Below, piece by piece: positions 55,673 through 64,000 of a DNA stretch of 64,000 bases; the first letter of the stretch is position 1, and each line of letters opens with the position of its first letter. Under the pieces are notes generated by a model. It searched no databases. It saw only the letters and a list, made by a program, of their open reading frames with translations, and was not told where the DNA came from. This DNA comes from an uncultured Acidobacteriota bacterium. Its GTDB lineage: Bacteria; Acidobacteriota; Thermoanaerobaculia; Gp7-AA8. Made by a program: the position numbers and the translations under genes. The stretch is from assembly GCA_963822445.1 (NCBI GenBank), contig CAWGHO010000003.1:416001-480000 (forward strand). The letters are read 5' to 3'.

Positions 55673-58624
55673 ATGTGGCCGATCCTCCGCCAACTCCTGG
55701 GTGACAAGAACGCCGCAGTCAGCGAACGCACCCGCAACCTGCAGCCGAAAAACGAGAACACCAGCGTCGCGCGATCGGTCTGCCCGTACTGCGCGGTCGG
55801 CTGCGGACAGCTGGTCTTTCACCGCGGCGATCGCGTGGTCAGCATCGAAGGCGATCCCGCATCGCCCATCTCCCGCGGCCACCTCTGTCCCAAAGGCGCC
55901 GCGAGCTACGAGCTGGTCACGCACGCCGGTCGAGCCACGCGAGTGAAATACCGCGCACCGCGATCGCGCAAGTGGACGGAGCTCGATCTCGAGACGGCGG
56001 TGGACATGGTCGCCGACCGCATCTGGGCGACGCGCGAGCGCACCTTCGACGAAAAGCACAACCACACCACCGGCATCGCCCACCTCGGCGGCGCGACGCT
56101 CGACATCGAAGAGAACTACCTCATCAAGAAGCTCTTCACCGCCGGACTGGGGATGGTCTGCCTGAGCAATCAGGCGCGGATATGACACAGCTCCACGGTG
56201 CCCGGTCTGGGTACCACTTACGGCCGCGGCGGCGCCACGACCGCGCAGCAGGACCTCGCCAATTCCGACGCCATTCTGATCATGGGCTCGTCGATGGCCG
56301 AGAACCATCCAGTCGGATTCCAGTGGGTGATCGAAGCGCGCGAAAAGAATCACGCGAAGGTCATCCATGTCGACCCGCGATTCACTCGCACGTCGGCCAT
56401 GGCCGATTACTGGCTCCCACTGCGCGCCGGCAGCGACCTGATCTTCCTCGGCGCGATGATCAACTACGTCATCGCGAACGACCGCTGGTTCCGCGAGTAC
56501 GTCGTGCGCTACACGAATGCGGCGGTGATCGTCCGCGATGATTTCGTCGATACCGAGGATCTCGGTGGCGTTTTTTCGGGTCCGGAGACGTGGTTGTATC
56601 CGGACGCGCCGTCGGGATCGCGCGACACCGGCCATCGCGGCGAAGCACAAGGCGCGCCGCAAACGCCGCCCGATCCACCGCGCGACGAAACGCTGCAGCA
56701 TCCGCGATGCGTGTTCCAGGTGCTGAAGCGCCACTTCGCGCGGTACACGCCGGAGATGGTCGAGCGCTCGTGCGGGATTCCGGCGGCATCGTTTCTCGAG
56801 GTAGCGGACGTCTTCACGAGCGCTTCCGGACCGGAGAAGACCGCGTCGATCTGTTACGCCGTCGGCTGGACGCAGCATTCGAGCGGCGTGCAGACCATCC
56901 GCGCCGCGGCCATCCTTCAATTACTGCTCGGCAACGTCGGCCGTCCCGGCGGAGGAATCATGGCCCTCCGCGGACACGCGTCGATTCAGGGCTCGACGGA
57001 CATCCCCACGCTCTACGACATCCTGCCCGGCTACCTGCCCATGCCCACGTCGAGCGAGCCGTCCCTTGGCGACTACCTGAAGAAACACAAAGCGGCGAAG
57101 GGCTGGTGGTTCAACGTCGACAACTACCTCGTCTCGCTGCTGAAGGCTTACTACGGCGATGAGGCGAAACGCGAAAACGACTTCGGATACGCGTGGCTGC
57201 CGCGGCTCACCGGCGATCACTCCTACTTCGGCTACTGGCTGGACATGGCCGACGGCAAGCTCGAAGGGCTGATGGTCATGGGCCAAAACCCGGCGGTCGG
57301 CTCGCCGAACGCGAAGCTCGAGCGCGACGCGATGAAGAAGCTGAAGTGGATGGTTGTGCGGGAGATGGTCGAGACCGAAACGGCGATGTTCTGGCAGGAC
57401 GGGCCGGATGACGTCGAGACCGAGGTGTTCTTCTTCCCCGCGGCATCCCATGTCGAGAAGGACGGAACGTTCACCAACACCCAGCGCCTGCTGCAGTGGC
57501 GCGAGAAAGCGGTCGAGCCGCCCGGCGACGCCCGGAGTGAGCTGCAATTCATGGTCGCCCTCGGCCGCAAGCTCAAGGCCAAGGCGACGGACGCGCCGCG
57601 CGATGCGGCGCTCCGCGCGTTGACGTGGGATTACGCGGATGAAGATGCGGAGGAAGTGCTGCGGGAGATTCATGGCGGCCCGCGCATCAAGCACTTCGGC
57701 GAATTGAAAAACGACGGCTCGACCTACTGCGGCTGCTGGATCTACTCCGGCGTCTTCGACGGCGAGAACAAAGCAAACAACCGCGCGCCGAAAGGCCGCC
57801 ACGCGCACGGCTGGGGCTACGCGTGGCCGCTCGATCGCCGCATCCTCTACAACCGCGCCTCCGCGCGGCCGGACGGCAGACCATGGAGCGAGCGCAAGGC
57901 CCTGGTCTGGTGGGATGAAGAAAAGCGCGAGTGGGTCGGTCACGACGTGCCCGACTTCACTCGGGGAAAAGCACCCGACTATGTTCCAACCGCGGAGAGC
58001 GGCGGCGATGAAGCGCTGGCCGGCGACGCGCCGTTCATCATGCATCCCGACGGCATGGGCTGGTTGTGGGTTCCATCGGGCCTGAAGGACGGACCGTTGC
58101 CGGCGCATTACGAGCCGCTCGAATCGAACATCCGCAATCCGCTGTACGAACAGCAATCCAATCCCGCGGCTCTCCGTTTCGAGCGACCCGATAATCCGTA
58201 CGCCTCGTCACCCGACGCGCGATTCCCGTTCGTCCTCACCACCTATCGCCTGACTGAGCATCACACCGCCGGTGGCATGTCCCGCACGCTCTCGCATCTC
58301 GCGGAGCTTCAGCCCGAGCTCTTCGCGGAGATCTCGCCGGAGCTCGCGACGCAGGTCGGCGTGTCCAACGGTGAGTTCGTGACGATCTCCACGGCCCGCG
58401 GCGCGATCAATGCGCGTGCGCTCGTGACGACGCGCATGCCCTCGCTGCAGATTGACGGACAGACCGTGCACCAGGTCGGCCTGCCGTATCACTGGGGCGA
58501 TCGCGGTCTGGTGAAAGGGGACGTCGTCAACGATCTCCTGGCGATCTCCGAAGAGCCGAACGTGAAGATCTTCGAGTCGAAGGGGCTGACCTGCAATCTG
58601 ACGCGGAGTGCGTCAGCGGAATAG
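55673..58624 (+). CDS. Selenocysteine-containing formate dehydrogenase alpha subunit (FdnG/FdoG type)
   Basis: CPYCAVGC...LCPKG; in-frame TGA at 56183-56185 in the NQARI-U-HSSTV context; same frame continues to 58624. Confidence 0.92.
56183..56225 (+). promoter_or_regulatory. Sec UGA codon with bacterial SECIS hairpin
   Basis: TGA cacagctccac ggtgccc ggtct gggtacc: stem with a GT-containing apical loop 11 nt after the UGA. Confidence 0.8.
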
Positions 58625-59146
58625 CCAGTCATACCTCGCGCCGACCGACAAAGCGAAAAGCGCCACCGCCGGAACAGTCACCGCAAGAGTCTTCCATGCG
58701 CGCGCGCGGAACTTCGGCGGAAAGAACGCAGCATCGAGCAACAGGGGCGCTGTCAGCAGCAGGAGAGAACCAAGCCAGGCCAGACTCCAGCCGATGAGGA
58801 AGAAGAGTGTGGCCTCGGCCGACATCGGGCCGGTGTAGGGTCCCGTGAGCAGGAAACCGATTCGCGCGCTGGCGACAATCAATGTTGCTGCTCCTGCCAA
58901 CGCCGCGATGGACGACGCGATCAACTCCGCCATTTGGGACGCGGCACTCTGTGAAGCCTCGCGCCACCAGATCGTGACAGGCAGCGCGGCGCTGATCAGG
59001 AGCACGACCATAAGCCAGGTTGACCGCGCGGTGTCGGTAGGCGAAGCGGCGAGCGTGATGATCAGGAGCGGCACGAAGACCATGAAGGCCTGCGTGAGTC
59101 GCCTGCCTGCCTCGCGTGCCGTTGTAAATGCCGGTCGTGCGTTCAC
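58613..59146 (-). CDS. Hypothetical integral membrane protein
   Basis: About five hydrophobic segments; no recognised motif. Confidence 0.55.
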   Translation of the reverse strand: MNARPAFTTAREAGRRLTQAFMVFVPLLIITLAASPTDTARSTWLMVVLLISAALPVTIWWREASQSAASQMAELIASSIAALAGAATLIVASARIGFLLTGPYTGPMSAEATLFFLIGWSLAWLGSLLLLTAPLLLDAAFFPPKFRARAWKTLAVTVPAVALFALSVGARYDWLFR

Positions 59147-59149
59147 GAT

Positions 59150-59998
59150 TTACCAGCGCGTCGGGTACGTTCCGAGGATCGTTACCGCGTCCGCCATCGA
59201 TCGGAGATTGTCCAGCGCCCGCGAAACCGGCTCTTCCGTCGCCTTGCCGATGACGTCGAGGTAGAAGCCGTACTCCCAGGGGCGGCCTTCGATCGGGCGC
59301 GACTCGATCTTCGACAGATCGATGTCCACCAGCGCGAATGCGCCGAGGGCGCGGAAGAGCGAGCCGGGCTTGTTCGCGATCCGCAGAAGAATCGACGTCT
59401 TCCAGCGGCGGGTCAGGGACTCGGCTGACGGTCTGACGTTTGAATCGGGCAGGGCAGCGAGAAAGAAGCGGGTGAAGTTCTGACTGTTGTCCTCGATCCC
59501 GGCCTCGATCACGCTTCCGCCATACAGCTCCGCGGCGCGGACGGACGCGATCGCGGCTTCGTCCTCGAGTCCACGTTCCATCACCAACCGGACCGCGCCG
59601 GCGGTGTCGTGAACGGGCACTGGTTCCAGGTTCGGATGGGCGCGCAGGAAGCGTCCGCACTGCGCGAGTGCGACAGGGTGGGAGTAGACCCGCCGCAGTT
59701 CGCGTGCGTTCGTCGCCGGTGGCGCGATGAGGTTGTGCGCGATGCGCAGGTTCGTTTCACCGCGAACGGTCAGCTGCGACTCGAGCAGCAGGTCGTAGTT
59801 CCGGTGGATCGATCCGGCGAGGCTGTTCTCGATCGGCGCGACGCAGCAATCGGCCGTTCCGAAGCGCACGGCGTCGAACATCTCTTCGAACGATCGAAAG
59901 GAAAGCGCCGTCATCGGCTCGCCGATGAGCCGTTCCGCGGCCGATTCGCTGAATGCGCCTGGTTCCCCCTGGTAAGCAACTCGAACCCGTTCGATCAT
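59150..59998 (-). CDS. pheA: Prephenate dehydratase (PDT plus ACT domain)
   Basis: AYQGEPGAFSE, PIENSLAG, SHPVALAQC, NFTRF, LSKIESRP. Confidence 0.94.
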   Translation of the reverse strand: MIERVRVAYQGEPGAFSESAAERLIGEPMTALSFRSFEEMFDAVRFGTADCCVAPIENSLAGSIHRNYDLLLESQLTVRGETNLRIAHNLIAPPATNARELRRVYSHPVALAQCGRFLRAHPNLEPVPVHDTAGAVRLVMERGLEDEAAIASVRAAELYGGSVIEAGIEDNSQNFTRFFLAALPDSNVRPSAESLTRRWKTSILLRIANKPGSLFRALGAFALVDIDLSKIESRPIEGRPWEYGFYLDVIGKATEEPVSRALDNLRSMADAVTILGTYPTRW

Positions 59999-60010
59999 CC
60001 GTTCCTCCTG

Positions 60011-60050
60011 AAAAGCAAAAGGCCCGCTCCTGTGTGATCAGGAGCGGGCC
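60011..60050 (-). terminator. Attenuator terminator of the pheA leader
   Basis: Minus strand ggcccgctcctg-atcaca-caggagcgggcc-ttttgctttt, ending 12 nt before pheA. Confidence 0.85.
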
Positions 60051-60075
60051 GCTGGATCGCGTTGGTGTGCTGGTC

Positions 60076-60162
60076 TTAGCGGGCGATCAAGTGCGCTCCT
60101 GTGCGGCCGAAGCCGAAAAATCGGCCGGCAAACAGAAACAGCGCAAACGATCGATGACGCAT
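60076..60162 (-). CDS. Phe-rich leader peptide (PheL-like)
   Basis: MRHRSFALFLFAGRFFGFGRTGAHLIAR: 6 Phe in 28 aa, directly upstream of the terminator and pheA. Confidence 0.8.
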   Translation of the reverse strand: MRHRSFALFLFAGRFFGFGRTGAHLIAR

Positions 60163-60213
60163 GGACGGTGAGAATAGCACGACGTCCGCGCGGCTTGCCC
60201 CGTACTACAGGGC

Positions 60214-62136
60214 GTGCGTGCCCCGGTGCTCCTCGTTGCCCTTCTCCTCGTCTCGTCCATCCACGCTGAGATCCCGATCTCGCGGCCCGACATCGTTCCT
60301 CTCGATCGCGCCGCCTGGTCGGCCGATCCGCCTTCGGTTGCGTCCGGTGACGGCTTCCTCGTCGTCTGGTCCGAGCGGCTGTTCGGCGGCTGGCCCGGGC
60401 CGGTGAAGCTTCGCACGTACGACGACGACGGCACGCCGCGCCAGCCGCTCTCGATCGAGCTCGGCCATGGTCACTCGCCCCACGCATTCTGGAACGGCAG
60501 CGAATACGTGGTCGTCTTCGCGCTGCCGATCTCCCGGTTCGGAAGTCCCACGCCGCTGCCGTCAGTCGTGGCTGTGCGCGTGCGCGCGGACGGGACGATC
60601 GTCGAAGACTCCCGCGTGACGCTACTTTCCTCTCGATCGAGCGCCGGCATCGCCGACGTGGCCTGGGACGGCATGAACGCGCTCGTCGCCATCGCCTATC
60701 CAACTCCTTCGCAACTCCTTCGCCTCGATCGCAACGGAAACCTGCTCGAGCAAACGACGCTCGACGCGCAACCGACGGCGCTCGAGACGAAAGCGGGCGG
60801 AGGGTTTTTCGTGCTGCCCCTGGATCAGGGCGAGGCAGTCGCGCGCGGCGACGATCGATTCGCCGTGCTCGATCATCAGCAGAACGGCGTGACGGAGGTG
60901 ATCCTCCTCGATGCCGCGGGCAGCGAGCTCGAACGGTTCGTGTTGTCGAGCAACGCCGGCTGGCAGAGCGCGATCGTGTGGGATGGTCGCGCGTGGGTCG
61001 CCTCGTACACGCAGAACGGCGCACTCTGCACGGCGCGTTTCACTTCTTCGTCGGACGTCGACCGAACCTGTGACGCGCAGACGAACGCGTACGGCCCGGC
61101 GCTCGCCGTCGGCGGCCGAGGGATCTTCAAGGCCTGGACGAATGACGGTCAGGTGCTGACCGATTCCGGGCTCGCATCGACAGCCTGGTCTTCCGCGGTC
61201 CTGCCCGCGGCGGTCATCGACGAGACGGGCGTGCTCGCGGCCTGGGTCGAGGCCGGTCGGATTCGCATCGGCGGCATTGCCAACGATCGCACGCCGCGGC
61301 CCGAAGAGACTGTCGGCGGCGCTGTGAATTACGACGCGCCCGTTCTGTCGCGAGCGGGCAATCAAACGCTGCTGGCCTGGATCGACGACAAACCGCGGGC
61401 GGTCATCATCGGCTCCGACGGCAAGCCTGTCTCCGATCCGATCGAACTGCCGGAGATGCACTCCGCGCCCGCCATCGCAGCGCGCGGCGACGAATGGGTG
61501 CTGGCCTGGTACACGCCGAACGGCATCCAGTCCTCGCGACTCACGCGCGACCTCGAGCTCGTCGGCTTCGAAGAATTCGGCGGTACCTCGATTCAGGATC
61601 CTCCGCGTATCGCGGCAACCGCGACCGGCTATCTCCTGGCCTGGACGGAACATGAAAACGGACGATCGCGTGTGGTGGTCGAGCCGCTCGATGCGAACGG
61701 CCGGCGGACGGTGGGTGGGATTCACATCGCCGACGACGTCACCGCGCCTTCTTCTCTCGCCGTCGAGTGTGGCCCGGTGACCTGCGTCGTCACGTGGCAG
61801 GCCGGACAAGGCGAACGCTGGTTCGCGCTGGTTCGTCACGACGGCACGCAGGTCTCGGCCAATCGCGTTTTCGAGTCGAAGACGGCGGGGCAGGGCACCG
61901 TCGTCGACGCTCTCCACGACGCCTCCTTCCGCATCTACTTCGGCAACACCGTCATGCCGGTCTCACGAGCCGGCGAGCCCGGACTGGCCATGCCCTGGCA
62001 TTCGGCGCCGGTCGCGATCGGCAGTGTGGTCACCTGGCGCGGGCGCGTCACCGCCGTCTACTCGCGACCGAACGGCGGAACGAGCCAGGTCTTCGCGCGC
62101 GAATTCGTATCGCGCGGCCGCTCCATCCGTCACTGA
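60214..62136 (+). CDS. Secreted repeat protein with C-terminal RGRSIRH tail
   Basis: Signal peptide; ASGDGFLVVW / WNGSEYVVVF repeats similar to the 46615-48939 protein. Confidence 0.78.
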   Translation: MRAPVLLVALLLVSSIHAEIPISRPDIVPLDRAAWSADPPSVASGDGFLVVWSERLFGGWPGPVKLRTYDDDGTPRQPLSIELGHGHSPHAFWNGSEYVVVFALPISRFGSPTPLPSVVAVRVRADGTIVEDSRVTLLSSRSSAGIADVAWDGMNALVAIAYPTPSQLLRLDRNGNLLEQTTLDAQPTALETKAGGGFFVLPLDQGEAVARGDDRFAVLDHQQNGVTEVILLDAAGSELERFVLSSNAGWQSAIVWDGRAWVASYTQNGALCTARFTSSSDVDRTCDAQTNAYGPALAVGGRGIFKAWTNDGQVLTDSGLASTAWSSAVLPAAVIDETGVLAAWVEAGRIRIGGIANDRTPRPEETVGGAVNYDAPVLSRAGNQTLLAWIDDKPRAVIIGSDGKPVSDPIELPEMHSAPAIAARGDEWVLAWYTPNGIQSSRLTRDLELVGFEEFGGTSIQDPPRIAATATGYLLAWTEHENGRSRVVVEPLDANGRRTVGGIHIADDVTAPSSLAVECGPVTCVVTWQAGQGERWFALVRHDGTQVSANRVFESKTAGQGTVVDALHDASFRIYFGNTVMPVSRAGEPGLAMPWHSAPVAIGSVVTWRGRVTAVYSRPNGGTSQVFAREFVSRGRSIRH

Positions 62137-62156
62137 CCGGTGTACTCTTTTCCGCC

Positions 62157-62639
62157 ATGGTGCAGAGCAAAGCGAAAACCGTCGCCGAGTATCTGGATGA
62201 GTTGCCCGAGGACCGCCGCGCTGCGATCTCCAAAGTGCGGTCGGTGGTGAAGAAGAACCTGCCCAAGGGCTACAAAGAGCGGATGGGCTTCGGGATGATC
62301 ACTTACGAGATCCCTCTCGATGAGTATCCCGACACCTACAACGGCCGGCCGCTCTGCTACATCGGTCTCGCTTCGCAGAAGAGCCACATGGCCCTCTACC
62401 TCACCAACGTCTACGCGGATCCGGAGCAGGAGAAGTTCCTCGCCGACGCGTTCAAGCAGGCCGGCAAGAAAATGGACATGGGCAAGTCCTGCCTGCGATT
62501 CAGGAACGTCGAGGACCTGCCGCTCGATGCGATCGGGAAGATCGTTGCCAGCACACCACCCGAAGCGATGATCGCGAAAACGGAAAAGGCGCACTCCACG
62601 AAAAAGACGGCGAAGAAGGCCCCCGCGAAGAAAAAGTGA
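62157..62639 (+). CDS. DUF1801 domain protein
   Basis: TVAEYLDELPEDRR, LASQKSHMALY, DMGKSCLRF. Confidence 0.85.
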   Translation: MVQSKAKTVAEYLDELPEDRRAAISKVRSVVKKNLPKGYKERMGFGMITYEIPLDEYPDTYNGRPLCYIGLASQKSHMALYLTNVYADPEQEKFLADAFKQAGKKMDMGKSCLRFRNVEDLPLDAIGKIVASTPPEAMIAKTEKAHSTKKTAKKAPAKKK

Positions 62640-63421
62640 CGGTCACCACCGGCTTCTTCACCGACTCCACCCTTTGCATCGGCTGCAAGGCCTGCGAGGT
62701 CGCGTGCAAGGAGTGGAACGACGTTCCCAGCGACGGGTTCACTTTCTCCGGCAACTCCTACGACAACACCATCGGCCTCGGCCACTCCACCTGGCGCCAT
62801 GTGAAATTCGTGGAGAGCGGCACGACCATCGGCGCGGGCGGTAACAATCCCGATCTGCTGTCGTGGCAGTTCTCCTCCGACGTCTGCAAGCACTGCGAGC
62901 ACGCGGGATGTCTGGAAGCCTGCCCGACGGGCTCGATCATCCGCACCGAGTTCGGCGGCGTCTACATCCAGCCCGACATCTGCAACGGCTGCGGCTATTG
63001 CGTCGTCACCTGTCCGTTCGGAGTGGTCGATCGCAGGCCTGACGACGGCCGTGCCTTCAAATGCACGTTCTGCTACGACCGCCAGAAAGTCGGCGAACAG
63101 CCGGCGTGCGCGAAAGCCTGTCCCACGCAATCGATTCTCTTCGGCGATCTCGAAGAGCTCGAGCGTGCCGCCGACGCGCGCATCGCCAAGTTGCATGACG
63201 CCGGGATGACCGACGCGAACATCTGGAATCCGAAGAACACCTCCGTCGGCGGCACGCACGCGTTCTTTCTCATTCGCGGCGACAGCGAGCAGTACAACCT
63301 GCCGAAGAATCCTGAAGTGCCGACGGTGTTGCTTGGCGCAGCATGGCGTTCGGCGGCCGCGGCGGCGGGGGTGATCGCCGTCGGTGCGTTGCTGAACTTC
63401 GCCTTCACCCGGAGGCGTTGA
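62636..63421 (+). CDS. Formate dehydrogenase iron-sulfur (beta) subunit, FdnH/FdoH type
   Basis: CIGCKACEVACKEWN, CKHCEHAGCLEACP, CNGCGYCVVTCPF, KCTFC; C-terminal TM helix. Confidence 0.9.
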   Translation: MTVTTGFFTDSTLCIGCKACEVACKEWNDVPSDGFTFSGNSYDNTIGLGHSTWRHVKFVESGTTIGAGGNNPDLLSWQFSSDVCKHCEHAGCLEACPTGSIIRTEFGGVYIQPDICNGCGYCVVTCPFGVVDRRPDDGRAFKCTFCYDRQKVGEQPACAKACPTQSILFGDLEELERAADARIAKLHDAGMTDANIWNPKNTSVGGTHAFFLIRGDSEQYNLPKNPEVPTVLLGAAWRSAAAAAGVIAVGALLNFAFTRRR

Positions 63422-63464
63422 TCCGGAGTGCTATCCTTCCGTCACACGTCAGTCGCGTGCCCAC

Positions 63465-64000
63465 ATGGCCCGGCTCTTCATCTCCTACGCAAGAGCAGAC
63501 GGCACGGCCTTCGCCGACCAGCTGCAGCGCGACCTTCAACCACACGAGGTGTGGCTGGACCGGTCGGAGATCAGCGGCGGCGCGCAGTGGGAGGCTGAGC
63601 TCGAGCAGGCGATCGACGGTTGCGACGCCGCCCTTGCCGTTTTGACGCGGGCCTATCCCGCCTCGCGAGTCTCACGCGATGAGCTGCAGCGCACGCGTCG
63701 CAGGAAGAAGCCGATCATTCCGCTCCTCGTGCATGCGGATGCGGAACGGCAGCTGCTGCTCGAAAGCGTGCAGTACATCGATTTCTCGAATCCCGCCACG
63801 CGCGAGACGAGCATGGGCCAGTTGCGCGACCTCATCGCCAATCCCGGCGAGATCCCCCGTCCCGCCGACGCGGCGCCGGAGCTCACCTGGCAAACGATTG
63901 CCGCCCATGCTGGAAAGCAGGCGCGCCGTTTCGTGCAGGATCTCGAAGGAACGGCGAAAGCGCCCGGCACTTTCATCCCCGACGTGTACGTCCGGCGCGA
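63465..64000 (+). CDS. TIR-domain protein, 3'-truncated by the window edge
   Basis: Manual translation MARLFISYARADG...VWLDRSEISGGAQW..ELEQAID...SRVSRDEL...IIPLL. Confidence 0.85.
   Translation, partial: MARLFISYARADGTAFADQLQRDLQPHEVWLDRSEISGGAQWEAELEQAIDGCDAALAVLTRAYPASRVSRDELQRTRRRKKPIIPLLVHADAERQLLLESVQYIDFSNPATRETSMGQLRDLIANPGEIPRPADAAPELTWQTIAAHAGKQARRFVQDLEGTAKAPGTFIPDVYVRR

Noticed and set aside
56183-56185. Nonsense mutation making fdh a pseudogene
   Set aside because: The TGA is at the conserved Sec position and is followed by a SECIS-like hairpin
63340-63421. FTRRR ending of the FDH beta subunit as another Arg-tail sorting motif
   Set aside because: It follows a TM helix and is explained as an ordinary positive-inside stop-transfer cluster

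Overview
High-GC bacterial chromosomal window. Gene content (Ser/Thr kinase-PD40 proteins, secreted proteins with basic C-terminal tails) suggests Acidobacteriota, probably Thermoanaerobaculia; this is an inference. Housekeeping genes (hemL, ftsEX, rluD, rimP-nusA-infB-rbfA, truB, rpsO-pnp, orn, pheA, a selenocysteine formate dehydrogenase) are interleaved with single accessory genes. Highlights: (1) a complete IS110-family element (53301-54841) inserted in a palindromic repeat, with readable bridge-RNA target and donor guides, a circle-junction promoter, and a recombinase gene broken by a clean 157-bp internal inversion; (2) a small GIY-YIG nuclease gene between 45-bp direct repeats of a REP/REPIN-like palindrome that also occurs without the gene between ftsE and ftsX; (3) a four-helix-bundle gene between inverted octamer arrays, plus two gene-less arrays of the same design; (4) three secreted proteins sharing an Arg-rich C-terminal tail (RRSVRH / RRRAVR / RGRSIRH); (5) a leaderless Phe-rich attenuator upstream of pheA; (6) widespread leaderless-type promoters. 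Some frameshifts (about 10245, about 33156, and 50760-52715) may be sequencing errors. No rRNA, tRNA or CRISPR array was recognised.
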